Part shown: positions 1-10,253 of the stretch, piece after piece
Layout: each line of letters opens with the position of its first letter
Numbering within the stretch: position 1 is the stretch's first letter
NCBI GenBank assembly: GCA_963825525.1
Contig: CAWGTN010000002.1
Coordinates: 192,001-256,000, forward strand
Reading direction: 5' to 3'
Origin: an uncultured Chloroflexia bacterium
Lineage (GTDB): Bacteria > Chloroflexota > Limnocylindria > QHBO01
Length of the DNA stretch: 64,000 bases
The notes under the pieces: model-generated
Seen by the model: only the letters and a program-made list of their open reading frames with translations
Databases searched by the model: none
Told to the model about the DNA's origin: nothing
Position numbers and translations under genes: made by a program

Positions 1-599
1 CACCGGCCTGCGCATCGACCACTGGCTGGCCATCGACTTCGCCGGATTCCGCGAGATGGTCGATGCGGTCGGCGGGGTGACCGTCGACAACCCCGTCGCG
101 TTCGACTACACGACCATCGAGGAATTCCATCGGGCGGGACGCTGGGAGATGGGCGGCTTTCCGACGGGTGAGATCCATATGGACGGCGACGAGGCGCTCG
201 CCTACGCGCGTGCCCGCTACACGAGCGTGGTGAGCGAGTCGACCGACTTTGCCCGATCCATTCGCCAGGCCAGGATCATCAGTGCGCTGCGGACGAAGCT
301 GGGCGCCGGCGGCATCGGGTCGATCGTCCCGGGGCTCGGGCTCATGGACGCCATGGAGCAGCGGATTCGCACCGACCTTTCCGCCATCGACCTGTTCCTG
401 CTCTCCTCGCACCTGTCCAGCGACCGACGTGATCGAGCTGACCGAGGACGTGGCGCTGGTCGCCACCACGAACACCATCGGCCAGTACATCCTCATTCCC
501 ATCGGCTGGACCGGGCCGGGTGACTACGGCGGGCTCCAGGACTACATCGCCACCGAGCTGGCACGAAGCGAAGAGATCGGCAGCGCCGATGCGCCGTAG
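1..599 (+). CDS. LCP (LytR-CpsA-Psr) family protein, 5'-truncated, one frameshift near 430
   Basis: IDFAGFREMVDAVGGVTV, MDGDEALAYARARY and DFARSIRQ are typical LCP motifs; the C-terminus continues in the 249..599 frame. Confidence 0.85.
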
Positions 600-1086
600 C
601 CGGCGCCTCCGGCTCGTCGACCTGCCACGGATCCTCGTCGGCGGGGCCGTGCAGTTCGCCGAGATGTTCGGTGGCCGGTATCGGCGCACCGAGGGCGCCC
701 ATGTGTTCGCGACCGACGACGAAGGTCGCATCCTCGTCGTTCGGACCACGTACCTGGGACCGGAGTGGATGCTTCCGGGCGGCCGCGTGGAGCGGGGAGA
801 GACGCCGCATGCGGCCGCAGCGCGCGAGACACTGGAGGAGACCGGGATGCGGGTGCGCGTCGACCGACTGCTGCTGGTGGACGCTCATCGTGCCCGCGAC
901 GTGAGCTTCGTCTTCGGCGCTCGGGTCGATGGCGGCGAGCTGGCGCCACAGTTCGGCGAGATCGCGGAAGTGGGCTGGGTATCGCGCCAGGAGATCGACG
1001 AGACGGCCCCTCGCCTTCGCCGGTTGCTCGAGCTCATCGAGCGAGCCGAAGGGGGCGTCACCTACGTGGGCCTGAGGCGCGCCTAG
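589..1086 (+). CDS. NUDIX hydrolase
   Basis: Nudix box GGRVERGETPHAAAARETLEETG. Confidence 0.9.
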   Translation: MRRSRRLRLVDLPRILVGGAVQFAEMFGGRYRRTEGAHVFATDDEGRILVVRTTYLGPEWMLPGGRVERGETPHAAAARETLEETGMRVRVDRLLLVDAHRARDVSFVFGARVDGGELAPQFGEIAEVGWVSRQEIDETAPRLRRLLELIERAEGGVTYVGLRRA

Positions 1087-1095
1087 AATCGACAC

Positions 1096-3036
1096 ATGAG
1101 CCCCCAGCGCCCGTTGCCCGATTCGCTGCGTGCGGTCCTGCGCCGGCTGCCGACGAGCCCAGGCGTCTATCTCATGAAGCACGCCGACGGACGGGTGCTG
1201 TACGTGGGGAAGGCCGACTCGCTGCGCAGCCGCGTTCGCTCGTACTTCGGCGCCAGGGGACCGGAGGACGCCCGCATCAGCCGGATGGTGACCGAGGTCG
1301 CCGATGTCCAGTACATCGTGACCGATACCGTGTCCGAGGCGTACCTCCTCGAGTCCAACCTCATCAAGGAGCATCGCCCGCGCTTCAACATTCGGCTGCG
1401 CGACGACAAGAGCTATCCATTCGTGAAGATCACGCTGGGCGAGGACTTCCCGCGCATCGTCCGCACCCGGGCACTGAAGCGCGATGGCAGTCGCTACTTC
1501 GGACCGTACGCATCGGCGTCGAGCGTGGACGAGACGCTCAAGCTCCTTCGGAAGATCTTCCCGTTCCGAACCTGCAACCTCGACATCCCCGAGGGCAAGC
1601 GTGTGCTCGAGCGGCCGTGCCTCCTGTACTACATCAACCGCTGCCAGGGGCCGTGCATCGAGGCCATCCCCAAGCCGGAGTACCGCGAGACGATCGGCCA
1701 GATCGTCGATTTCCTGGATGGCAAGCAGGAGCCGATCGCGGCCGACCTCAAGCGCGAGATGGCCGAGCACAGTGACGCGCTGCGCTACGAGCAGGCGGCC
1801 GCGGCTCGCGACAAGCTGCGAGCCGTCGAGCGGACCATGGAGCAGCAGAAGATGGCCGCGTTCAGCCGCGCCGAGCACGACGTCATCGGCATGGCGCGGG
1901 AGGAGGACGAGGCCTGCGTGCAGGTCATGCAGGTCCGGAACGGCAAGCTCATCGGCCGCGAGCACTTCATCGTGGAGGGCGCGCGTGACGTGACCGACGA
2001 AACCGTGCTCGGAGCCTTCCTGCAGCAGTACTACGCCAGCACGGATGCGGTGCCCCGCGCGCTGCTGACGCCGATCCTGCCCGCGGAGGCCGATGAGCTC
2101 GCCGCGTACCTCGCCGATCGACGCGGCGTTCGGGTGACGATCTCGGTGCCGGAGCGCGGCGAGAAGCGGCGGCTGGTGGCCATGGCGACCGGGAATGCGG
2201 TGGAGGCCCTGGCCCGCGAGCGCGCCGAATGGCTGGCCGACACGGCAAAGCGCGACGAGGCGCTCGGCGAGCTGGCCGGGGCGCTCGGCCTGCCTCGTCC
2301 GCCGGAGCGCATCGAGTGCTACGACATGAGCAACATCCAGGGCACGAGCGCAGTCGGGTCGATGGTCGTGTTCATCGACGGCAAGCCGGAGCCGCGCGAG
2401 TACCGCCGCTTCCGAATCCGATCGGGCGACACGCCCGACGACTTCCGCATGATGGCCGAGGTCCTTCGGCGCCGATTCGGTCGGGTGGCCCGCCTGAGGC
2501 GGGAGACCGGCGCTCTGTCACTGGCCGCCGTCGGGGCCGATGAGGCACCCGAGGGGCCGGAGCCGGACCGGCGCGCGTCCGACAACTGGGCGGTGCCCGA
2601 TCTCGTGATCGTCGACGGTGGAAAGGGCCAGCTCTCGGCGGCCGTCGGCGTCATGGACGAGCTTGCCATCACCGATATCCCGCTCACCGGGCTGGCGAAG
2701 CGGTTCGAGGAGCTCTACCTGCCCGGCCGGCCTGACCCGGTGGTGCTGCCCCGGCGCTCCCAGGCCCTGTACCTGGTGCAGCGGATCCGGGACGAGGCGC
2801 ATCGGTTCGCGATCACCTACCACCGCGACGTGCGCGGCAAGCGCGCCCTGCGCAGCGAGCTCGACGACATCGCCGGCATCGGTCCGGGTCGCAAGAAGGC
2901 ACTGCTCAAGCGATTCGGCTCGGTTCGGCGCATCCGGGATGCATCGGTGGACGAGGTCGCGGACACGCCGGGGATCAGCCGTGAGCTGGCCGAGCGGCTG
3001 AAGGGCCACCTGGCTCGCGAGGGGATGCTGGCGTGA
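1096..3036 (+). CDS. uvrC: Excinuclease ABC subunit C
   Basis: GIY-YIG (PGVY...YVGKA), DDKSYP, IECYDMS, DGGKGQ, RDEAHRFA, C-terminal HhH. Confidence 0.97.
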   Translation: MSPQRPLPDSLRAVLRRLPTSPGVYLMKHADGRVLYVGKADSLRSRVRSYFGARGPEDARISRMVTEVADVQYIVTDTVSEAYLLESNLIKEHRPRFNIRLRDDKSYPFVKITLGEDFPRIVRTRALKRDGSRYFGPYASASSVDETLKLLRKIFPFRTCNLDIPEGKRVLERPCLLYYINRCQGPCIEAIPKPEYRETIGQIVDFLDGKQEPIAADLKREMAEHSDALRYEQAAAARDKLRAVERTMEQQKMAAFSRAEHDVIGMAREEDEACVQVMQVRNGKLIGREHFIVEGARDVTDETVLGAFLQQYYASTDAVPRALLTPILPAEADELAAYLADRRGVRVTISVPERGEKRRLVAMATGNAVEALARERAEWLADTAKRDEALGELAGALGLPRPPERIECYDMSNIQGTSAVGSMVVFIDGKPEPREYRRFRIRSGDTPDDFRMMAEVLRRRFGRVARLRRETGALSLAAVGADEAPEGPEPDRRASDNWAVPDLVIVDGGKGQLSAAVGVMDELAITDIPLTGLAKRFEELYLPGRPDPVVLPRRSQALYLVQRIRDEAHRFAITYHRDVRGKRALRSELDDIAGIGPGRKKALLKRFGSVRRIRDASVDEVADTPGISRELAERLKGHLAREGMLA

Positions 3037-3173
3037 CCTGGCGCCCGACGTGACGCGAACGGACGGTCGGCTATACTGGCGCCGCCCGCCGCTGGTGAAA
3101 GCGGCGCGTTTCGTGTCCGGAACGTTTCGACCGGCGCGAGATCTCCGAAGATCGAGGACCGAACGGCCAACCC

Positions 3174-4505
3174 ATGACCTGGCGTCGCATCGCCCCGTGG
3201 CTCATCGGGGTCATCGCCCTGCTGGCGATCTTCATCGACATCCCGCGAATTTCGCTCGGCGTGCCGTGGCTGCCCGACGAGGTTGCGGGAGCCCAGTTCC
3301 GGACGGTGCTGGGCCTCGACCTGCAGGGCGGCCTGCGCGTCACCCTCGAGGCCGAATCGCAGGGCGACGAGCCGGTCACCGATGAGCAGGTGGGCCTGGC
3401 GCGGGACATCATCGAGCGCCGCGTCGCCGGCATCGGCGTCAGCGAGCCACAGGTCTACACCGAGGTGGCGGGCGATGGCACCCGGCGGATCGTGGTCGAG
3501 GTGCCGGGCGTGTCGAATGAGGAGCAGATCCGGAGCCTGGTGGGGTCGACCGGACAGCTCCAGTTCATCGATCCCCGGGGGCAGGAACTCCAGCGTGACC
3601 AGGACATTCGCTCCCTGATCGATTCGGGCGCGGTTGCGGTGCTGTTCGACGGCGGGCAGATCGACCCGACCAGCGTGGCGCCGGATGTGAGCGGCAGCGC
3701 CATCGGCGTGTCGTTCACCCTGCGCGACGAGGGGAGCCGGACCTGGTGCGAATTCACGACCGCGAACGTGAACCGGGATGGCCCCATCGCGCTCGACGGC
3801 CGGGTCTACACGGTTCCGAACATCAACGACGCCATCTGCGGCGGGCAGACGATCATCACCGTCGGCACGGCCGGCGCGGAAGGGGAGGCCGAACGCACGG
3901 CCCTCTACAACACGCTGCGCTTCGGCGCGCTGCCCGTCTCGCTGACGGAGCAGGGTGTCGACCAGGTGGCCCCGACGCTGGGTCGCGACTTCCTGACCCA
4001 GGCGCTGCTGGCCGGCGCGATCGGGCTCGTGCTGGTCCTGCTCTTCATGATCGCCTACTACCGACTGCCCGGCGTCCTGGCTTCGCTCGCGCTCATCTTC
4101 TACACGCTCGTCGTGTACGCCATCTTCCGCATCATCGGGGTGACGCTCACGCTGGCCGGGGTGGCGGCGTTCATCCTCAGCATCGGCATGGCCGTGGACG
4201 CGAACATCCTCATCTTCGAGCGCATGAAGGAAGAGATCCGCGCCGGCAAGACCCTGGGACCGGCCATCGAGGCCGGATTCAACCGTGCCTGGTCGAGCAT
4301 CCTCGACTCGAACGTGAGCAGCATCCTCGTGGCGGCCTGGCTGTACTGGCAGGGGACCACCGTCGTGCGAGGCTTCGCCCTCGTGCTCATCATCGGCGTG
4401 CTCGTGAGCATGTTCAGCGCCATCACGGTGACCCGCACCCTGCTGCGATACGTGGTGCGCCGTTCGTGGGGCCGGCGCCTCGAGCTCTATCACGTGGAGC
4501 GCTGA
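3174..4505 (+). CDS. secD: Protein translocase subunit SecD
   Basis: LGLDLQGG, GMAVDANILIFER, ILDSN, multiple TM segments. Confidence 0.96.
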   Translation: MTWRRIAPWLIGVIALLAIFIDIPRISLGVPWLPDEVAGAQFRTVLGLDLQGGLRVTLEAESQGDEPVTDEQVGLARDIIERRVAGIGVSEPQVYTEVAGDGTRRIVVEVPGVSNEEQIRSLVGSTGQLQFIDPRGQELQRDQDIRSLIDSGAVAVLFDGGQIDPTSVAPDVSGSAIGVSFTLRDEGSRTWCEFTTANVNRDGPIALDGRVYTVPNINDAICGGQTIITVGTAGAEGEAERTALYNTLRFGALPVSLTEQGVDQVAPTLGRDFLTQALLAGAIGLVLVLLFMIAYYRLPGVLASLALIFYTLVVYAIFRIIGVTLTLAGVAAFILSIGMAVDANILIFERMKEEIRAGKTLGPAIEAGFNRAWSSILDSNVSSILVAAWLYWQGTTVVRGFALVLIIGVLVSMFSAITVTRTLLRYVVRRSWGRRLELYHVER

Positions 4506-4508
4506 CCC

Positions 4509-5609
4509 ATGTATGACATCGTAGGCAAGCGCAACCTGTGGTTCACGATCAGCGCGATCCTCACCATCCCCGGCCTGCTCTTCATCTTCCTGGGCGGGCT
4601 GCGGCCGTCGGTTGACTTCACCGGAGGCACGGAGTGGGAGGTCCGCTACGCCGATTCGCCGACGGCGGCCGAGATGCTCACCACGCTCCAGGATCTCGGC
4701 TACGAGGACGCGATCGTCACCGCGTTGCCGGATGGCTTCCTCCGCATCAGGACGGAGCCGATCGACCTCATCCCGGCCAGCACACCGGTGCCGGTCCCCT
4801 CCGCGTCCGCGTCCGCCTCGGCGTCGGGCTCGGGTTCGGCTGAACCGTCCGGATCTGCCTCCGCGTCTCCATCGGCGTCCGCGTCCGCCGCCCCGTCGGC
4901 ATCGCCGTCGGGCTCGCCGAGCGCATCGCCATCGGTCAGCCCATCGGCCGAGCCCACACCGGTGCCGGTCGCCCAGGGAACCGAGTTCGCCGACCTCGAG
5001 GGTGAGCTGGAAGGCCTGTACGGGGCCGGCGAGCCACGCAGCCTGCGCACCGTCGGCCCGATCATCGGCGCCGACCTGATCCGAAGCTCCGCGATCCTCA
5101 TCGTCATCGGCGAGCTCTTCATCCTCGCCTACCTGTGGATGCGATTCGGGTTCCGATTCGGGACCGCCGCCATCGTGGCGCTCCTCCACGACGTGATCCT
5201 GGTCGTGGGCACGTTCGCCATCCTCGGCTACTTCTTCAACGTGGAGTTCGATGCGCTGTTCGTCACCGCGCTGCTGACCATCATCGGCTTCAGCGTTCAC
5301 GACACCATCGTGGTGTTCGACCGCATCCGGGAGAACCGGGTCCGGCATGCCGGCGAGTCCTTCGGCGCGATCGTGAACCACTCGATCCTGCAGACGATGA
5401 GCCGCTCGATCATCACCTCGTTGACCGTGGTCGTGACGCTGGGCGCGCTGCTCCTGCTCGGTCCGCCGACGGTCCGCACCTTCACCCTGGCGCTGCTGCT
5501 CGGCGTGGTGAGCGGGACGTACTCCTCGATCTTCAACGCCAGCCAGATCCTGGTGGCGTGGAGCGAGTGGGACACGAAGCGGAAGGCACGCGGCCCGTCA
5601 CGCGCCTGA
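4509..5609 (+). CDS. secF: Protein translocase subunit SecF with Ser/Pro/Ala-rich insertion
   Basis: VDFTGG, HD, GFSVHDTIVVFDRIREN, GTYSSIF; follows secD. Confidence 0.96.
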   Translation: MYDIVGKRNLWFTISAILTIPGLLFIFLGGLRPSVDFTGGTEWEVRYADSPTAAEMLTTLQDLGYEDAIVTALPDGFLRIRTEPIDLIPASTPVPVPSASASASASGSGSAEPSGSASASPSASASAAPSASPSGSPSASPSVSPSAEPTPVPVAQGTEFADLEGELEGLYGAGEPRSLRTVGPIIGADLIRSSAILIVIGELFILAYLWMRFGFRFGTAAIVALLHDVILVVGTFAILGYFFNVEFDALFVTALLTIIGFSVHDTIVVFDRIRENRVRHAGESFGAIVNHSILQTMSRSIITSLTVVVTLGALLLLGPPTVRTFTLALLLGVVSGTYSSIFNASQILVAWSEWDTKRKARGPSRA

Positions 5610-5669
5610 CGCGCCTCCGATAACCGGCCGATACGTCGCCGGTAATCCCGCCCGGACTACCATGGCAAC

Positions 5670-7418
5670 GTGATCGTCCCGAGCCTCGAGTGGCTGCTGC
5701 CCGAGCCCCTGCCGGACCCCCCGGTATTCGCCGGATTCGGGCCTCCCGTCTCGACGCTCCTGGCCCGTCGCGGCTTTTCCGAGGATGGCCAGCTCCAGCG
5801 CTTTCTCCAGGCCGGTGCCGGAGCGCTCCACGACCTCTCGCGCATGGCCGATGCCGAGGTGGCGCTCGGCCGGATCGAGACGGCGATCGAGGACGGTGAG
5901 CGGGTCGCCATCTGGGGCGACTATGACGCCGATGGCATGACGGCCATCGTGGTGTGGGTCACGGCGCTTCGTCGCCTGGGGATCGACCCGGTCCGCTACG
6001 TCCCGTCGCGACTCGCCGAGGGATACGGGCTTTCCGAGAGCGGCCTGCGGCAGCTGAAGGCGGCCAACGTCGGCCTTGTCATCACCTGCGACTGCGGCGT
6101 GAGCAATGCCGCGGAGGTCGACTACGCACGGACGTTGGGCATCGACATCGTCATCACCGATCATCACCTGCCGCCGGCAACGCTGCCCCGCGCCGTTGCC
6201 GTGGTGGATCCCCATCGTCCCGACTGCGCGTACCCGGACACCGACCTGACGGGCGCCGGCCTGTCGTACAAGCTGGCCGCCGCGCTCCTCGCTCGCCAGG
6301 GACGTGGCTCAGAGGGGTTGGCGGCGATCGCGGCGATCGGGACCGTGGCTGACATGGCGCCGATGACCGGGGAGAGCCGGGCCATCGTGCGGCTCGGCCT
6401 CGAAGAGCTGGGCACCACCACGCATGCGGGCCTCCGCGCCCTGCTGGCCCGCAGCTGCGAGGCACCCGGCACGCCGACGGCCCGCGATCTCGGGTTCGGT
6501 GTCGTCCCGCGCATCAACGCGGCCGGCCGCATCGCCGATGCGGAGCTGGCCATGGGGCTCCTTCTCGAGGAGGACGAGGCCGCGGCCGAACGCCTCGCGA
6601 ACGACCTCGAAGAGGTGCACCTTCGACGGCGCGAGATGACCACCGTCGCGGTCGAGTCCGCTCGGCTCCTGGCCGATGCATCACCCGGGACCACGCCGCT
6701 GCTCATTCGCGACGACACGTGGTCGCCGGGGCTGGTCGGCCTGGTGGCTGGCCGGCTGGCGGACGCGCTGACTCGGCCGGTCGGCGCAGCGACCCTGGTG
6801 GGGGACGAGGTGCGGGGCTCCGTCCGCGCACCCGTCGACTTCCACGTGGCAGCGGCGCTCGAGGCCTGCGCCGCCCACCTCACGAAGCGCGGCGGCCACG
6901 CGGCCGCGGGTGGCTTCAGCCTTCTTCCCGAGGCGTGGGCCGGCTTCGTCGCCGCGTTCGGTGCGCTCGAGCGGCCATTCCCGGCGGACGTCGTGGTCGA
7001 GGCCGCACGGCCGGGCCGACAGCTCGTGGACCTCGTGCTGCCCGCGCGGTACGTGGACTGGAGCCTGGCCGACGAGCTCGGCCGTCTGGCGCCGTACGGA
7101 CCGGGCCACCTCGAGCCCGTCATCGCCGTCACCGGCCTGCGGGTGGGGAGTGTTCGCCGCGTCGGGACCGGGGAGGCGCACATCGCGTTCCGCCTGCTGC
7201 GTGGCGCCGAGACGATCGATGCCATCGGGTTCGGGATGGCATCGGATCGGCGACTGCCGGCGGAGGGAGCCGCCGTCGATGTCGTCGGGACGCTGGAGCG
7301 CGACACCTTCGGTGGTCGGGAGCGGCTGCGTCTGCGTGTGCTCGACTTTGCCGAATCGGCGGCGAGCCCGCTCGTGGCGCGGCGCGCGCCGGTGGCTGCC
7401 GCCACGCCCGCCGGGTGA
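5670..7418 (+). CDS. recJ: ssDNA exonuclease RecJ (DHH/DHHA1)
   Basis: GDYDADG, TCDCG, TDHH, PRINAAGR, GGHAAAGG. Confidence 0.94.
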   Translation: MIVPSLEWLLPEPLPDPPVFAGFGPPVSTLLARRGFSEDGQLQRFLQAGAGALHDLSRMADAEVALGRIETAIEDGERVAIWGDYDADGMTAIVVWVTALRRLGIDPVRYVPSRLAEGYGLSESGLRQLKAANVGLVITCDCGVSNAAEVDYARTLGIDIVITDHHLPPATLPRAVAVVDPHRPDCAYPDTDLTGAGLSYKLAAALLARQGRGSEGLAAIAAIGTVADMAPMTGESRAIVRLGLEELGTTTHAGLRALLARSCEAPGTPTARDLGFGVVPRINAAGRIADAELAMGLLLEEDEAAAERLANDLEEVHLRRREMTTVAVESARLLADASPGTTPLLIRDDTWSPGLVGLVAGRLADALTRPVGAATLVGDEVRGSVRAPVDFHVAAALEACAAHLTKRGGHAAAGGFSLLPEAWAGFVAAFGALERPFPADVVVEAARPGRQLVDLVLPARYVDWSLADELGRLAPYGPGHLEPVIAVTGLRVGSVRRVGTGEAHIAFRLLRGAETIDAIGFGMASDRRLPAEGAAVDVVGTLERDTFGGRERLRLRVLDFAESAASPLVARRAPVAAATPAG

Positions 7419-8242
7419 CGCCGCTCGAACGCCTCCGTGCGCGGCGCGAATCGGTCGGCGTCCCGCTCTGCCTCGGTGTCGATCCGCATCCTGACCGCCT
7501 GCCCGATGACCTCCCGCCGAACCTCGACGGCGTCGAACGATTCGCGCGCGGTCTCATCGAAGCGGCCGCGCCGCACGCGGTGGCGGTCAAGATCAACGTC
7601 GCCTTCTTCGAGGCCTTCGGGGCGCCGGGCATCGAAGCCCTGGCAAGGGTCCGCCGCGACGTGCCGCGGGATCTCATCTGCATCCTGGACGCCAAACGCG
7701 GCGACATCGAGACCACGGCCGAGCGGTACGCGGAGTCGCTGTTCGGCACGCTCGACGCGGACGCGGTGACGCTCTCCCCGTACCTTGGCGAGGATGCGAT
7801 TGCGCCCTTCCTCGCCCATCCGGGGCGGATGGTCTATGTGCTGGTTCGGACGAGCAATCCATCCGCGGGCCGGCTCCAGGACCTCGAGGTTGAGGGCCGG
7901 CCGCTCTATCGCGCAGTGGCGGAGTGGCTGGCCGAGACGTGGACCGATGGGAGGGTCGGCTTCGTGGTGGGTGCGACCGCGCCGAGCGAGCTCACCTCGC
8001 TGCGGCGAGCGTTGCCGGGCCCGGCGTTTCTGGTGCCGGGAGTGGGATCGCAGGGCGGAGACCTGGATGCGTCGCTGGGTGCCTGCGACGGCACATGGGC
8101 GCCGGGCCTCGTGTCCGTTTCGCGCGCCATCGCCGGCGCGTCGAGTGGCGCTGATTGGGCCGCGGCGGCGGCCGAATTCGGCCATGGCCTTTCGGGGCCG
8201 GATGGGTGGCGCAGTGCTACCATTGACTCCCGTCGACGCTGA
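7415..8242 (+). CDS. pyrF: Orotidine-5'-phosphate decarboxylase (C-terminus possibly affected by an indel)
   Basis: LCLGVDP, LDAKRGDI, RTSNP, GFVVGAT, LVPGVGSQGG; GTG overlaps recJ stop. Confidence 0.93.
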   Translation: MTPLERLRARRESVGVPLCLGVDPHPDRLPDDLPPNLDGVERFARGLIEAAAPHAVAVKINVAFFEAFGAPGIEALARVRRDVPRDLICILDAKRGDIETTAERYAESLFGTLDADAVTLSPYLGEDAIAPFLAHPGRMVYVLVRTSNPSAGRLQDLEVEGRPLYRAVAEWLAETWTDGRVGFVVGATAPSELTSLRRALPGPAFLVPGVGSQGGDLDASLGACDGTWAPGLVSVSRAIAGASSGADWAAAAAEFGHGLSGPDGWRSATIDSRRR

Positions 8243-8267
8243 CCATGTCCAACGAGGTTCCTGACAC

Positions 8268-8492
8268 ATGCCGATTCCCGGGCCGTGGGAGCTCATCCTG
8301 CTGCTGGTGATCGTCCTGATCATCTTTGGCCCCGGCAAGCTGCCGGACATCGGCAACGCCGTGGGCAAGGGGATCCGCGAGTTCCGCAAGGCGTCGACCG
8401 AGCTCGAGGAATCCGTCAGGGGCGAATCGAAGCCGACCTCGACGTCGCCTGCCGCCGACGAGCGGCCCACGGGCGAGAGCACCAAGCACTGA
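8268..8492 (+). CDS. tatA: Twin-arginine translocase TatA
   Basis: [22 protein letters not shown]...GKGIREFRK. Confidence 0.95.
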   Translation: MPIPGPWELILLLVIVLIIFGPGKLPDIGNAVGKGIREFRKASTELEESVRGESKPTSTSPAADERPTGESTKH

Positions 8493-8528
8493 CGGGTTTC
8501 GTCGCCTCCACGCCACGACGACTGATCC

Positions 8529-9259
8529 GTGACCTCTGAGCCGGCGCCCGCGCCCGAAGAGGCGACCATGAGCCTCCTCGAGCACCTCGAGGAGCTGCGG
8601 GGCCGCATCATCGTGGTTGCCGTCACCGTCGTGCTGGCCGGGATCCTCGGCTTCTTTCTCTCGGAGCCGATCGTCGGCATCCTGCGCGCCGCCCTGCCCG
8701 AGGGCCAGGACACCCTCATCCAGATCAGCGTGGGCGAGTCCCTGTGCCGTCCGCCTGCGTGTCGGCCTCTACGTCGGCATCGCGATCGCGCTGCCGGTGA
8801 TCCTGTATCAGCTGTGGCGCTTCGTCACCCCCGGGCTGACCCGTTCGGAGCGCCGCCTCATCTGGCCGATGCTCATCGGCTCGATCATCCTGTTCGCGAT
8901 CGGCATCAGCATCGGCTATTTCGTCATTCCGTATGCGCTGGAGTTCCTGCTGGGCCTCTCGCTGCCGGGCGTCGAGACGCAGCTCCGGCTGAGTGAATAC
9001 GTGAGCTTCGTCTCGACGGTGATGCTCGCGTTCGGGCTCGCGTTCCAGTTCCCGGTACTGCTGCTGGTCCTGGCTCGGGTGCGCGATCCTCAACTACAAA
9101 TTCCTCTCCGCGCGGCGTCGCTGGGCGGTCCTGCTCATCGTGCTGTTCGCGATCATCATCACGCCGGGCGGCGACCCGCTGAGCTCCTCGGTGCTGTCGC
9201 TCGTGATGTACGTGCTGTTCGAGGGCACGCTCCAGATCATTCGCACCATGGGCAAGTGA
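8529..9259 (+). CDS. tatC: Twin-arginine translocase TatC, frameshifts near 8745 and 9085
   Basis: MSLLEHLEELR, YQLWRFVTPGL, FGLAFQFP and IITPGGDP lie in three successive frames. Confidence 0.92.
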
Positions 9260-10210
9260 GCGTCTGGCTCTTCACCGATGCGCGCATGGATGCCCACGCC
9301 CAGCCTGGACATCCAGAGAGCCCGGATCGGCGGCGCGCGGCGGCGAGTGGCGTCCGAAGCGCGGCAGGCGACGCGCTGGTGGAGCCACCGGTCGAGCTCA
9401 TTGATGCAGTGACCCTGGCGGCCATCCACGATCCACGCCATGTCGCGCTGCTCGATGAAGCCGCCGCCCAGGGCGGGGGATGGGCCGATGCGGACACGTA
9501 CCTGGCCCAAGGGTCGATGACCGCCGCCCGGCTCGCCGCCGGCGCGACGCTCCAGGCCGCACTCGCCGTGGCGAGCGGGGCCGCCACGGTGGCGTTCGCG
9601 GTCGTCCGGCCGCCGGGCCATCACGCCGGACGCTCGGCGATCAGCGGGTTCTGCGTGCTGAACAACATCGCCATCGCCGTCGCCGGGCTGCGACGGCGCG
9701 GTTTGGCTCAGCGCATCGCGGTCATCGACTGGGACGTCCACCATGGCGACGGAACGCAGGCCATCTTCGATGACGATCCCGACCTGTGCTACGCCTCGAC
9801 CCACCAGTCGCCGTTCTATCCGGGCACCGGCGCTCGGTCGGAATCCGGCATCGGTCCGGGTCGTGGGACGAAGCACAACCGTCCGTTGCCGGCGGGGAGC
9901 GGCGACGAGGCATTCATCGACGCGTGGACCGACCTGCTGGCCGAGATCGAGGACTTCCGCCCCGAGGCCATCCTGGTATCTGCCGGATATGACGCCCACG
10001 TGGACGACCCGCTGGCGGAGCTGGCAGTGACCGAGGCCGGCTTCGAGACGGTCGCGCGTCTCGTCGGATCGCTCGCGGCTCGCACTGAGTCTGCACGGCG
10101 TCGCGCTCACGCTGGAGGGCGGATACGACCTCGCGGCGCTCGAGGCCTGCGCTGCAGCGTCAGTGAGGGGTCTGCTCGACGGCCTGGCCATCGGAGCGGA
10201 GCGTGCCTGA
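9256..10210 (+). CDS. Histone deacetylase-family Zn amidohydrolase, frameshift near 10085
   Basis: HPESPDR, RPPGHHA, GFCVLNN, DWDVHHGDGTQ, SAGYDAH; LEGGY in the shifted frame. Confidence 0.93.
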
Positions 10211-10253
10211 GCACGGGCTATACTCGGGAACCCATAGGCACACGGAGGGGACA

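Noticed and set aside
2817-8719. Long antisense ORFs (854 aa, 851 aa and similar elsewhere)
   Set aside because: Shadow frames of high-GC genes with no recognisable motifs
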